From Flavobacteriaceae bacterium (GTDB lineage: Bacteria; Bacteroidota; Bacteroidia; Flavobacteriales; Flavobacteriaceae), in contig JBFYPZ010000001.1 of the NCBI GenBank assembly GCA_041303035.1, positions 1 to 44,737 on the forward strand: a stretch of DNA of 44,737 bases. The letters run 5' to 3'. The number at the start of each line of letters is the position of its first letter. Within the stretch, counting starts at the first letter, position 1. The notes below the pieces were generated by a model. The model saw only the letters and a list, made by a program, of their open reading frames with translations, did not search any database and was not told where the DNA came from. Of this stretch, positions 19,037 to 29,402 are shown piece after piece. Position numbers and translations under genes: made by a program.

Positions 19037-19717
19037 TTATATAAATTTTCTATCTATTAATGCCATTAATCTTTCGACGAGGTCTTCTTTACCCTTCCAG
19101 TTGTACTTGGGTTTCAGGTTGTAATTTACATACTGTATGGCCTCTTCTTTTGTTTTGCAGTCATTTAAAAAGTACAGTACCTTATTGAAATCCGACTGGC
19201 TGAAATTAAACAGGTTGTTCACAAAAGCTATTCTGTCATTTAAACCAACCTGAATCGTATTGCTGGATAATTTATCATGCAGCGATACCTGCTTTTGCTG
19301 TATGGGCTTTGCTTCCAGCAATTTTTCGGCCTCATCAAGGGAAAAGGCATCTTCAAATTCTTTTTTCAGTGTAAAATCTTCAATAACTGCGTCAAATTTT
19401 GGAATAAAAATAGGGAGGAGCTCCTCTTCCTCTTCTTCTACTTCTTCCCTGGTAATTTCCGAAATTTCACTCCTCTCCACCTCTGTAATTACAATTTCTT
19501 CCTTTGTTGTTTCAATAGAAACGGTCATTATCTCATGAACTTCTTCTGTTTTCTGAATTACCTGTACAGGCGTTTCCTTTTGTAAATATTCCAGAAGAAC
19601 AGCCTTTTCATAAAGTTCCCGCAGCCTTAGTTTTAACTGAACCGGGTCATTCAAATGATTGGGCTCAAGAAGCTCTTCTGCAAGTTGCCTGATTTGTTCT
19701 GTTACTTTCTCTCGCAT
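19037..19717 (-). CDS. Conserved hypothetical protein with acidic linker
   Basis: C-terminal SL.DKL...IQVGLNDRIAFV..LF domain typical of Bacteroidota. Promoter TAAATTTG at 19752-19759 on the minus strand. Confidence 0.75.
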   Translation of the reverse strand: MREKVTEQIRQLAEELLEPNHLNDPVQLKLRLRELYEKAVLLEYLQKETPVQVIQKTEEVHEIMTVSIETTKEEIVITEVERSEISEITREEVEEEEEELLPIFIPKFDAVIEDFTLKKEFEDAFSLDEAEKLLEAKPIQQKQVSLHDKLSSNTIQVGLNDRIAFVNNLFNFSQSDFNKVLYFLNDCKTKEEAIQYVNYNLKPKYNWKGKEDLVERLMALIDRKFI

Positions 19718-19878
19718 GCTTTAAAGAAATTGAAAAACGACATTTACTTTACAAATTTAAGTCATTCTGTCAATAAACCAACCTACAAATTTCATTACCT
19801 TTGCGAAATGAAGCCGGATCTGTTTGTTTTTTAGCTTCCGGAGTCTGATAGAATAAAAATCATTCATAAAATTTCATC

Positions 19879-20508
19879 ATGTTTCTTGAAAATACGGTAA
19901 ACCAAAATGAGCAGTTCGGATGGATTGAGGTAATTTGCGGTTCGATGTTTTCCGGAAAAACAGAAGAACTGATCAGAAGGCTTAAAAGAGCGCAATTTGC
20001 CAAACAAAAAGTAGAGATCTTTAAACCAACCGTTGACAGCAGGTATGCGAACGATATGGTAGTAAGCCATGATGAAAATGAAATAAGGTGTACGCCTGTA
20101 CCCTCTTCATCCAATATCTTACTTTTTGCTTCAGATATGGATGTGGTAGGCATCGATGAAGCCCAGTTTTTTGATGATGAGATCGTCCATGTATGCAATG
20201 AGCTTGCCAACAGGGGTATTCGCGTAATCGTAGCCGGACTTGATATGGATTTTAAAGGAAAACCTTTCGGACCCATGCCTGCTTTAATGGCTACTGCCGA
20301 ATATGTCACCAAAGTGCACGCCATTTGCACCAAAACGGGCAATCTGGCTCATTTCAGTCACAGAAAAGTGCCTGATGATAAACTCGTACTGTTGGGACAG
20401 GTTCAGGAATACGAACCCCTTAGCAGGGGAGCCTACTACAAGATTATGCAGGAAGAGGCGAAAATGAAGAAAGATATAGAAAATCAACAAAAAGCAAGCC
20501 ATGATTGA
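19879..20508 (+). CDS. tdk: Thymidine kinase
   Basis: [25 protein letters not shown]. Promoter TACCTTTG at 19796-19803. Confidence 0.95.
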   Translation: MFLENTVNQNEQFGWIEVICGSMFSGKTEELIRRLKRAQFAKQKVEIFKPTVDSRYANDMVVSHDENEIRCTPVPSSSNILLFASDMDVVGIDEAQFFDDEIVHVCNELANRGIRVIVAGLDMDFKGKPFGPMPALMATAEYVTKVHAICTKTGNLAHFSHRKVPDDKLVLLGQVQEYEPLSRGAYYKIMQEEAKMKKDIENQQKASHD

Positions 20509-21607
20509 AATGCCCACGGTTTTAGAAATCGACTCTAAAGCAGTTAAAGCAAATATTCAGTATTTCAGATCAAAATTACTGCCGGAAACCGGGCTTCTGG
20601 TTGTTATTAAAGCGTTTTCTTATGGCAGCGATGCCGTGGCTACAGCCCGTTTGCTTGAGGAGTTAAAAGTGGATTATCTCGCGGTTTCCTATACCGGTGA
20701 GGGAATCGATTTGCGAAATGCGGGTATTAAATTGCCAATTATGGTTTTGCATCCGCAGACAGCCTGTTTCAGAGAAATTATTAAAAGAAACCTGGAACCG
20801 GCACTTTACAGCCATAGTACCTTACTTGCTTTTTGCCGCTTACTGACTGAAGAAAATCGCCTTAAATATCCAATACATATAAAATGTAATACCGGTATGA
20901 ATCGCCTTGGTTTCCGGGAGAGCGAGATGGATAATCTGATCGGGCTGTTGAAGACATATGAAAACGCACTGGAGGTCAGAACCATCTTTTCTCATCTCAC
21001 CTCAAGTGAAGATAAAAGCGAAAGAGAATTTACCCTTCAACAGGTGGAACTGTTCAAAAGAATGAGTCAGACCATCACGGTGGAATTGCCCAACAAGCCG
21101 CGCCTGCATATTGCCAATACCGCAGGTATGTTAAATTACCCCGAAGCACGTTTAGACCTGGTTCGTGTGGGAATCGGACTTTACGGTTTTGGAAATAGCC
21201 CCACAGAAACCGCCAAGCTCAGGAATGTCCTGATTTTAAAGACAAGAATTTCGCAGATTCAGGTAGTACCAGCAGGAGAGTCCGTAGGATATAACCGCAC
21301 TTTTAAGACAAACAAAGAATCAAGAATAGCCATTTTACCCATTGGTTATGCAGATGGCATGAAAAGGATCTGGAGTAATGGCAGGGCAGAAGTAAGTATT
21401 CACGGTAAAAAAGCACCTGTTGCCGGAAAAATATGTATGTGTATCACTATGGTTGATGTTACCGGAATTGATTGTGAAGAAGGTGATGAGGTGATTATTT
21501 TTAAGAGCCAGGATGATGTGCTGGCACTTGCAAAATCGGCGGAGACCATACCCTATGAGATCCTGACTTCAATATCCCAGAGGGTAAGCAGAAAAGTAAT
21601 AGAATAA
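20501..21607 (+). CDS. alr: Alanine racemase
   Basis: VIKAFSYG (PLP Lys), [36 protein letters not shown]. Confidence 0.88.
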   Translation: MIEMPTVLEIDSKAVKANIQYFRSKLLPETGLLVVIKAFSYGSDAVATARLLEELKVDYLAVSYTGEGIDLRNAGIKLPIMVLHPQTACFREIIKRNLEPALYSHSTLLAFCRLLTEENRLKYPIHIKCNTGMNRLGFRESEMDNLIGLLKTYENALEVRTIFSHLTSSEDKSEREFTLQQVELFKRMSQTITVELPNKPRLHIANTAGMLNYPEARLDLVRVGIGLYGFGNSPTETAKLRNVLILKTRISQIQVVPAGESVGYNRTFKTNKESRIAILPIGYADGMKRIWSNGRAEVSIHGKKAPVAGKICMCITMVDVTGIDCEEGDEVIIFKSQDDVLALAKSAETIPYEILTSISQRVSRKVIE

Positions 21608-21654
21608 TTATTTATATTGCAGTAGAATAACTAAACTTTATTTTTATGATCAAA

Positions 21655-22056
21655 ATGCTTAGAGAATTTAAGGAATTTGCAATGAAAGGCAACCTGCTCG
21701 ACATTGCTGTTGGTTTTGTAATGGGAGCCGCTTTTAATACTTTGGTAAAAACCTTTACGGAGGGCGTTGTTTCTCCATTGGTCGGTTTAATTTTCCAGAC
21801 AGATTTTAAAGATCTGAAATGGGTTTTAAGAAAAGGAAGTGTTGATGCTGACGGTGTTGTGATTCCGGACATTGTTCTGGAGTATGGAGCATTTCTTACC
21901 GCTACGCTCGACTTTATTATTATGGCCTTTGTGATGTTTATGATCATTAAAGGGGTGAACAGTCTGCGTCGCCAAAAAGTAGAGGAAGCAATTGCTGCCG
22001 GACCGAGTCAGGAGGAGTTGCTAACCCAGATCAGGGATTTGCTGGCAAAAAAATAG
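21655..22056 (+). CDS. mscL: Large-conductance mechanosensitive channel
   Basis: MLREFKEFAMKGN..D.AVG, LLTQIRDLL. Alternative ATG at 21646. Confidence 0.95.
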   Translation: MLREFKEFAMKGNLLDIAVGFVMGAAFNTLVKTFTEGVVSPLVGLIFQTDFKDLKWVLRKGSVDADGVVIPDIVLEYGAFLTATLDFIIMAFVMFMIIKGVNSLRRQKVEEAIAAGPSQEELLTQIRDLLAKK

Positions 22057-22059
22057 AGA

Positions 22060-22605
22060 TTATTTCTTTTTCGTATTGTAGATCTCAGCGACAGACGCTG
22101 TATTTTTGGCTTGTTCTACAAGCAAAAATGCTGCGTCTTTTTCTACAGACCCTGTCTTTAATACTTTAAAATACACACCCGATTTGGTTGTATTCCAAAA
22201 CTGTTTGATCACTCCGGCATCCTGAAACCGGATCCCGAGCTTTACGCAAGGTTCTCTGGGTTTTGTAACCTGTATAAGTGCCTCCCCAACGCTGTATATA
22301 CTTCCCACAAAAATTTCCTTTTCTTCCAGCTGGTCAAGGGTTAGATTTTCACCAAACATGCCATAAGTAAATTCGAGATGTGGGTAAAGTGCTTTCCAAA
22401 AACCGTAATGATTTTCGCCATAAGCATAAACAGCTTTGTCAATGCCTCCATGAAAGCGCCTGTCGACGATCTGGTCGTGTAAAACTTCCAGTTCACCTAA
22501 AAATACCGGTCCGGGAACAGGGTATTTAAAAATACCTGTTTCATAGCTTTGATTTTTCCACCGGACAGTTTGTCTTTCACCAATGTTCACAGAGATTACT
22601 TTCAT
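22060..22605 (-). CDS. MOSC-domain protein (YiiM-like)
   Basis: HGG.DKAVY, FGENLT, PREPC.KL. Confidence 0.88.
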   Translation of the reverse strand: MKVISVNIGERQTVRWKNQSYETGIFKYPVPGPVFLGELEVLHDQIVDRRFHGGIDKAVYAYGENHYGFWKALYPHLEFTYGMFGENLTLDQLEEKEIFVGSIYSVGEALIQVTKPREPCVKLGIRFQDAGVIKQFWNTTKSGVYFKVLKTGSVEKDAAFLLVEQAKNTASVAEIYNTKKK

Positions 22606-24116
22606 TTTTCTTTATGGATTTTTAGCTGATCAGCAATTTTTCTGTCGTTCGACAGCCGGGCTACTTTGTTTTGTCCTCCCAGTTTGCCAATGGATTTCAT
22701 ATAATCCTGAAACCCGTTCCTGACCACTTTTCGAATGATGAGTTCCTGCAAAATATTTCCTTTTCTCAAATCTGAATAATATGAATTCTGATCCTGCATA
22801 GCCACATCAATGGCAACTGTAAATTTTTTAAAATCTTCCGGTTCATTTTCAAACTCAATAAACCATTCATGATAAGGCAATAAGCCCAATCCCGGATTTA
22901 CCTGCGGGGCAACCGTAAATTCATTTATTTTTACACTTCCGGTTTTAACTGCAATTTGCAGGGCTTGTTCAACTTCCTTGGCAATGACATGCTCCCCGAA
23001 AGCTGAAATAAAATGCTTGATCCTGCCGGTAACAATAATTCTGAAGGGCTTGATGGAGGTAAAGGCTATGGTATCGCCAATATTATAAGCCCATAGTCCG
23101 GCGTTGGTCGATACGATCATCACATAATTAACCCCCAAAACAACGTCCTGAATTGTTAAACGTTGTGAATTGGCGGTAAAGAATTTATCGGCCTCAACAA
23201 ACTCATAAAAAACCCCATGATTTAACAGCAGGAGCATACCCTGGTTGGGATTGTTCGTTGGGTTTGGCATGTCCTGATAGGCAAAAAATCCCTCAGAGGC
23301 AGGAAAGAGCTCAATGGAATCAACCTTCCTTCCGATCAGATTTTCCATTTTTTTTCGATAGGGTTCGTAATTTACACCCCCGAAGACAAAAAGCTTAAAG
23401 TTGGGAAAGATTTCTCCTACTTTTTTACCCTTAGCTTCTATTAATTTCTCAAAATACATCTGTACCCAGGAAGGTATGCCGCCGATCAATCTCATATCTT
23501 TGTCAGAAGTCTCCCTGACTATGGCATCTACCTTAGTCTCCCAATCTTCAATACAATTGGTTTCCCAGCTCGGAAGGCGGTTCTTTTGTAAATAATTAGG
23601 CACATAATGCGCTGCTATTCCTGAAAGTCTGCCCGTTTTAATACCGTTTACTTCTTTTAAAACAGGGCTTCCCTGTAAAAAGATCATTTTTCCATTTACA
23701 ATTGATGCTTTTTTTGTATGATAAATATGCAAAAGAAGTGCTTCTTTCGTTGCATTAATATGATAGGGCATGGAAACAGGTGTAATGGGTATGTATTTGG
23801 CACCTGAGGTAGTTCCTGATGTTTTGGCAAAATATAGTGGTCTTCCCGGCCAAAGAACATCGGCTTCACCACTTTTTACCCGTTCTATATAAGGTTTGAT
23901 ATCTTCGTAATCCCTTATTGGCACCAGTCTGGAAAAATCTGCATAGGAAGTTATCTGATCAAAATTATGGTCTTTACCAAAGGAAGTGGTTCGGGCCTTG
24001 CTTATGAGTTCTTTGAAAATATGTTTTTGTGCGGAATAAGGTTTGTCGGCCCAGGAATAGACTCTTCCTGCCATGATTTTTGCATATATTTTTGCCAGGT
24101 AAGATTTGATCGTCAT
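22602..24116 (-). CDS. GH3-family acyl-adenylate/amido synthetase-like protein
   Basis: FAKTSGTTSGAKYIP, PASEGFFA, GLW.Y.IGD, GGQNKV.RL. Confidence 0.88.
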   Translation of the reverse strand: MTIKSYLAKIYAKIMAGRVYSWADKPYSAQKHIFKELISKARTTSFGKDHNFDQITSYADFSRLVPIRDYEDIKPYIERVKSGEADVLWPGRPLYFAKTSGTTSGAKYIPITPVSMPYHINATKEALLLHIYHTKKASIVNGKMIFLQGSPVLKEVNGIKTGRLSGIAAHYVPNYLQKNRLPSWETNCIEDWETKVDAIVRETSDKDMRLIGGIPSWVQMYFEKLIEAKGKKVGEIFPNFKLFVFGGVNYEPYRKKMENLIGRKVDSIELFPASEGFFAYQDMPNPTNNPNQGMLLLLNHGVFYEFVEADKFFTANSQRLTIQDVVLGVNYVMIVSTNAGLWAYNIGDTIAFTSIKPFRIIVTGRIKHFISAFGEHVIAKEVEQALQIAVKTGSVKINEFTVAPQVNPGLGLLPYHEWFIEFENEPEDFKKFTVAIDVAMQDQNSYYSDLRKGNILQELIIRKVVRNGFQDYMKSIGKLGGQNKVARLSNDRKIADQLKIHKEK

Positions 24117-24133
24117 GTAAAAAAGTTTAAAAT

Positions 24134-24994
24134 TTACTCAAAAGAAATGTAGTTCTCCGGATTGACCGGTTGGCCACCCTCCCATAATTCAAAATGCAGG
24201 TGTGTACCGGTAGATAAATTGCCCGTGCTTCCCGCCATTGAAATTACTTCCCCTGCTTTTACAAGATTTCCCTGTTCCTTAAAAATAGATTCATTGTGCT
24301 TGTAAACAGAAATGATTCCATTGATATGTTCAATTATGATCACATAACCATTGTCAGGGGTAAATCCTTTAAAGATAACCGTGCCATCAGCGATAGATTT
24401 AACCGGCGTATCCTTTCCAAGTGCAATGTCGATGGCATAATGCTTTTCTCTGGCATTATAAGCCTCAGTAATTTTTCCCTTTACAGGAGAAGTAAAGACC
24501 AGATCACTCTTTTTTGTCGCCTTTTCGAATACATTAAAACGTTCCTCACTTTCTACTTCTTCACGGAATGCCGTTTCGTTCGCAGAAGGAAGAATGTTTA
24601 CATCCTCCATACTCAAAAGCTCCGTTATGGAATCTTTGTTTAAAGCCACAGGTTTAATTTCTCCTTTGATTACCTGTTGAATATTCTGCAGGAATATATT
24701 GTTCACATTGAGTAACTGACTTAAAGAATCAACCTGATAGTTCAGCATGGCTGCATCTTTTTTCAGTTTCGTGGAAGAATAACCCGGTATATACTCTTTC
24801 AAAGGAGTAAAAGCAATGATGGTTGTTGTAAGAAGTATTAAAAAGATCGAAAAAAATCCGCCGGCTACAAAAACATTTAAGCGGTTTAGTCTGAATGAAA
24901 ACTTTTCTTCAAAGGTATCTTCATTGAGGACTACAAAACGGTATTTAAACGTCAACCGGTCTTTTAATTTATTCAGCAGTTTTTGTTTTTCCAT
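24134..24994 (-). CDS. M23-family metallopeptidase
   Basis: HYAID, YKHN, STG.HLHFE. N-terminal TM. Promoter TATATTTG at 25014-25021 on the minus strand. Confidence 0.9.
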   Translation of the reverse strand: MEKQKLLNKLKDRLTFKYRFVVLNEDTFEEKFSFRLNRLNVFVAGGFFSIFLILLTTTIIAFTPLKEYIPGYSSTKLKKDAAMLNYQVDSLSQLLNVNNIFLQNIQQVIKGEIKPVALNKDSITELLSMEDVNILPSANETAFREEVESEERFNVFEKATKKSDLVFTSPVKGKITEAYNAREKHYAIDIALGKDTPVKSIADGTVIFKGFTPDNGYVIIIEHINGIISVYKHNESIFKEQGNLVKAGEVISMAGSTGNLSTGTHLHFELWEGGQPVNPENYISFE

Positions 24995-25064
24995 CTAAAA
25001 AATATTACCTCAGCAAATATAACAAATTAATCAGGCGGGCTCTACCCTTGTTCACTACTAATTC

Positions 25065-27428
25065 TCAGGGAACCGACGGAATATCGTTAATAGAAATATC
25101 TTTTTTGACAATAACCGCCTCATTTAATACAAATGGTTTAGGCATCATCACTTCAGTCCTCGGCAACTTTGAAGAGTTCAAAGGGCTTAGCGAAGGGTTG
25201 GTATGAAGGTCAAAACTGGCCTCAAAGAGTATCATGTCAGTCGAATCTGCCAAGGGAATCGTGAAACCCAGCTCAAGAAATTCGCCCGCTTCTGTAAAAT
25301 AATAGGTTAATATTCGGGGGTACTTTTCGGTTGTAAAAACATAGGTTTCTTTTTCATGTTTATGAAGCTTTTCACCATTCATCTCAAAGGAAGTAAAATG
25401 CATGGGCTTTTTGCTCAAAAGCTCAATTCTGTTCGCTTTTCTTAAGGGGATGATACGCAGTACGATCTTTCTTTCTTCACCCAGAATGGTGTCTGTTATT
25501 ATCCTTATTTCAGGGGTAGGAAGCAAAACCTTTTCAGCCTGATTATACATAGACAAAGGAGTTCCGTATTTACTTGAAGAAAGGTGAGCATAGAGATTTC
25601 CTTCTTCAGGGTGCTCACCCAGATATTGCCTGGTATAATCATCGGTTTTTTGATCATAACTCGCCCAGTACGCTTTATTTTCATCGGCATCCAAAAGATA
25701 TATCAGACTGTTTGGATGTTTTCTGTCTGCGTTGAAACCGGAACTGAAATAGGCAGATACCAGTGCTAAAGCTCCAAGGAAAAAGAAAAGGCGCGACAGC
25801 GCTTTCGGGTTATTAAAAGACTTGAAAACCGGCAGGAACAAACCAAAAAGCAGTACGACAAATACAGCACTGAGCGCCAGCATCTTTAAGCCCAGGCCTA
25901 CTGGAAATGTTTTGATCATTGGGGCAAATACGATAAGCACCGGGACAGACAGGAAGGAAAAGAAAAGGGTTTTATTGTTAACAGATCCTTTTGAAAACAA
26001 AACTGCAGCGAAAATTACCAGGGCAATGTAAACTGCAAGCACAAAAAATCCGGCACCCGGAAGATACAGTGCGATCAATGTATTGAGAACAAGCCAGACC
26101 AAAAGGGGAGCTATCATGAGGGAGGAAGACTCATATTTTAAAAAGAATGGCCGGTAAACAGCAAAACAAACAGCGAGACTGAGGGCAATTACAGCGGCAA
26201 TATAATAATACCCGTTGTAAGTAAATCCATGGAGGATTTCTGTGTATTGTGGATGAATCAACAAAATAAGTTTCCATCCGAAATACCCGAGAGAACCGGC
26301 AAGGACCAAGGAGGAAAGGAAGGGAATAAAACCGAGCATCAGAGGTTTTAATTGGATCTTGTTTTTTTTGAAGCCTAAAAAAATCAGCACAAACAGCACA
26401 ACAAATCCCAGGACCACCATGGGCAACACCCAGCTAAAAGGATAATTGATCAATCCGAAACCGGGGAAGCTAAAATAAACCAGATCTGTTTCCGAATTCA
26501 GGTTGCTGAGGTCGGCATTTGCGAAATGTGGCAACAAATGCATCAGATATGCTCCCTGGTGTTTCAGCGTATTTCTGTCAAGCCTTTCAAAAGAATCCTG
26601 GCTTGTATGGTAATCGAAATGATCATCTATAAAAGCAAAATTAAAGCCGTTTATATTGGCAGTTTCTCTGAAAACTGTCAGGTCAGTATCATTGGGCAAC
26701 ATTTTATAGATGCTGTACAGCAGGGAATTTGCAACAGGATAGGTGGGTTTTGATGCATTAAATTCAGCAATCAGGTTTTTGTTGCCCCGGTTGGTTTCAA
26801 GCAGCATAAAACTCGGACCGCCACTACCTCTTGCTTCAAAGTTCAAAACAAGTTTGATCTCTTTTGCCCAGGGATGTTGATTCACAAAGGCTTCGGCACC
26901 GAGCAATCCTATTTCTTCGGCATCGGAAATAAGGATGACAATATCATTTTGCGGTTTCGGTACGGCTGACAGATAAGCCCTTAATCCTTCAAGTATGGTC
27001 ACAACTCCGCTGCCAGCGTCACTTGCCCCTAAAGAGGAAGAATGCGGAGCGGAATCGTAATGCGTGAGCAACAAGAGTCCTTGTCCCGGTTTGGTACCCT
27101 TGATCTTTGCCAGTATATTTTTAGTGTTAACACCTGCTCTTGATTTTTTATTGATGGCCACCTGACCCTGAATCTCAACCTCCAGACCCAGTTTTTGCAG
27201 CTCTTGTACTATATAGTTTCTTACTTCGCCATGATTTTCGGTTCCGATATAATGCGGTTTTTGACTGATCTCTTTCAGATGAATCAGGGCCCTTTCGTAG
27301 GAAAAATCAGTTAAAGGAGCATTCAGATCGCTTAATTTTGAAGGCATTAAACTGTAGAAGCTCCAGATTATGGCTGCCGCCATAATGAGAAAGGAAAATG
27401 CAGGGGTGTATTTGGGTTTAACTGGCAT
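25065..27428 (-). CDS. Membrane-embedded M28-family peptidase
   Basis: HYDS, GASDAGSG, DAEEIGLLGA, NFEARG, YHT..D, followed by a multi-TM domain. Likely start MPVKP. Confidence 0.88.
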   Translation of the reverse strand: MPVKPKYTPAFSFLIMAAAIIWSFYSLMPSKLSDLNAPLTDFSYERALIHLKEISQKPHYIGTENHGEVRNYIVQELQKLGLEVEIQGQVAINKKSRAGVNTKNILAKIKGTKPGQGLLLLTHYDSAPHSSSLGASDAGSGVVTILEGLRAYLSAVPKPQNDIVILISDAEEIGLLGAEAFVNQHPWAKEIKLVLNFEARGSGGPSFMLLETNRGNKNLIAEFNASKPTYPVANSLLYSIYKMLPNDTDLTVFRETANINGFNFAFIDDHFDYHTSQDSFERLDRNTLKHQGAYLMHLLPHFANADLSNLNSETDLVYFSFPGFGLINYPFSWVLPMVVLGFVVLFVLIFLGFKKNKIQLKPLMLGFIPFLSSLVLAGSLGYFGWKLILLIHPQYTEILHGFTYNGYYYIAAVIALSLAVCFAVYRPFFLKYESSSLMIAPLLVWLVLNTLIALYLPGAGFFVLAVYIALVIFAAVLFSKGSVNNKTLFFSFLSVPVLIVFAPMIKTFPVGLGLKMLALSAVFVVLLFGLFLPVFKSFNNPKALSRLFFFLGALALVSAYFSSGFNADRKHPNSLIYLLDADENKAYWASYDQKTDDYTRQYLGEHPEEGNLYAHLSSSKYGTPLSMYNQAEKVLLPTPEIRIITDTILGEERKIVLRIIPLRKANRIELLSKKPMHFTSFEMNGEKLHKHEKETYVFTTEKYPRILTYYFTEAGEFLELGFTIPLADSTDMILFEASFDLHTNPSLSPLNSSKLPRTEVMMPKPFVLNEAVIVKKDISINDIPSVP

Positions 27429-27466
27429 GAAGAATGATTTAAGATCAACTAAAAGTATAAAAAAAA

Positions 27467-28729
27467 TCAATCTTTAACCGTATTGATCTGATACCAGTTT
27501 AGTTGTAAATCGTTATAAACCTGTTCCTCCAGTTTTTTATCGGGATCAAATCTTTTTTCAGAAGAAACGGGATTGCCTTTCAGTTGAATTGTGTTGACAG
27601 AAAAGACCTGTCCGATATTGATATCAGCCTCTTCATTTTCCTCAAAGGCACGTCGTTTTGTCAAATCTACATGGGCATCCCAGCGGAATAATTTCGGATA
27701 CCAGTAATCCTGAAATTTTTGATAGCTGATCGTCGTTTGAAAAGAAGGGTTTTCGACTTTTAATCCCAGTGCAAAAAAAACGGGTCTGACTAAAAAAGGT
27801 AAAGAGAACTTGCCACTTGTTTGTACCTGTGCAATGGCATAGTTGTCTTTACTAATGAGTATCTTGCCCAAGTCTCTTATGTTTTCAATGGATTTTTTTG
27901 ATTTAAAGATTACGGTTACCAATGCTTCTCCATGTAAGGAAGTCTCTTCTCCAAAGCTGTACTCATATTTATTATAATGTTTTGGATTTAAGTAGTTTGC
28001 TCTGTCGCCATGGAAGATATCCAGATCGATCACACTTTGTGGTCCGCCAAAATCGATATCGATATTGCCATCATATTTTTCCTCGTCATAAACTTCTCCT
28101 TTTTTATCAGCCTTCTTTTTTTCCTTTGCAGCTCTTTCTTCAATCCATTCTCTCATGAATTGAAACTGCTGGCGATTTTCAGCCGGTTTGAAAAGTACGA
28201 GCTGATGCTGATTTTTTGAGCTATCCCCGTAACTCGGGTAATAGGTTTTAAAAACGGCTTCATTTTTATCAATAATTTTCCCGTTCTCGATAAATTTTTC
28301 CCTGTAATAGGCCTGCGTTTCAAATGGAGCCTGAGGTGCATTTGATTCCATATTTTTTACAGCCATTTTAATATATTCCAAAGGAGACAAATTGCTTAAT
28401 ACGATCTCATCAAGCACATTATTGGCGGTTTCAAGCAGGACAGAAATTGGTTTTTGGATGTTTTTTAAGGGTATCTCATAGCTGTTAAATCCAATATAAC
28501 TCACCAGCAGGGTGTCTTGTCGCATGGATTTTGGGATATAAATATCAAATTCCCCTTTTTCGTTACTTATCGTGCCAAGCGCAAAATTTTTCAGACTAAT
28601 AGAGGCAAAAGGAAGGGGTTCCCGCGTTTCCTTTGCAAGGATAATTCCCTCCACGGTGTAGTTATCCTGTGCGCAAGCAGGAGCAAGGAATAAAAAAAAC
28701 AGAAAAAGTATAAATAAATATTTCATCAT
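27467..28729 (-). CDS. Secreted protein with carboxypeptidase-like regulatory domain
   Basis: Signal peptide and G.I...ET.EPLPFASI...GTISNEKGEF...SYIGF. Confidence 0.8.
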   Translation of the reverse strand: MMKYLFILFLFFLFLAPACAQDNYTVEGIILAKETREPLPFASISLKNFALGTISNEKGEFDIYIPKSMRQDTLLVSYIGFNSYEIPLKNIQKPISVLLETANNVLDEIVLSNLSPLEYIKMAVKNMESNAPQAPFETQAYYREKFIENGKIIDKNEAVFKTYYPSYGDSSKNQHQLVLFKPAENRQQFQFMREWIEERAAKEKKKADKKGEVYDEEKYDGNIDIDFGGPQSVIDLDIFHGDRANYLNPKHYNKYEYSFGEETSLHGEALVTVIFKSKKSIENIRDLGKILISKDNYAIAQVQTSGKFSLPFLVRPVFFALGLKVENPSFQTTISYQKFQDYWYPKLFRWDAHVDLTKRRAFEENEEADINIGQVFSVNTIQLKGNPVSSEKRFDPDKKLEEQVYNDLQLNWYQINTVKD

Positions 28730-28806
28730 GGGTTTTTCGGTCAGACGATTAAATACCCTGTTTGTTACAAAATCGATCCGTATAAAAATGATAAAAATCT
28801 ATTTTA

Positions 28807-29157
28807 TTAATCCTTTTTGATCAGCAGGATATAGTCGTTTTCAAGTTTGAGGTAACCTTGATCGTAGACATAATAATACACATTTCCGTTTTTAGTTGTA
28901 TACATGGAAGTGAACAGGTTGAAATCAAAATTGTATTCCAGCAATTTTGATTTGGGCAAACTGGTTTTTCCGGAAACATTCAGTTTTGAAAGGATGGCAT
29001 AATTTTTCCGGAGGTGGTTGTTGATGTTGCGGACCAGGTTTTTGCTGTCCTTATTTACTTTATTGTTATAAGCATTCCGGCAATAATCACTACAGAATTT
29101 TTTGTCAATGCGCCCTTTGATCAGTTCTCCGCATTCCAAACAGTTTTTTGAGTCCAT
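28807..29157 (-). CDS. Zn-ribbon protein (DUF2116-like)
   Basis: CLECG...GR.DKKFCSDYCR, basic helical middle region. Confidence 0.8.
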   Translation of the reverse strand: MDSKNCLECGELIKGRIDKKFCSDYCRNAYNNKVNKDSKNLVRNINNHLRKNYAILSKLNVSGKTSLPKSKLLEYNFDFNLFTSMYTTKNGNVYYYVYDQGYLKLENDYILLIKKD

Positions 29158-29402
29158 CCGCTGGCAGTTTTAATTGTTTCTTTTCTGATATATGTAAATT
29201 TGATATTGGCAATTTATCATGATGATTTGCCGACTTCCCAAAGGTTAATCCTTATGGATTTAGCCCTTGAGAAAACAGCAATTATAAATTAATCTCCAAT
29301 TCTTTAAGAAGTAAACAATTTGATCGAAAAGGATTTCCATTTTATGGATTGCTGCGGGTATTTGAAAACCACAACCGGTGCAGGTGTCTTTTGTCAAAGT
29401 CA

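Noticed and set aside
22602-24116. Plant-like GH3 auxin-responsive gene as possible horizontal transfer
   Set aside because: GH3-family genes are common in Bacteroidota and sit here in ordinary context.
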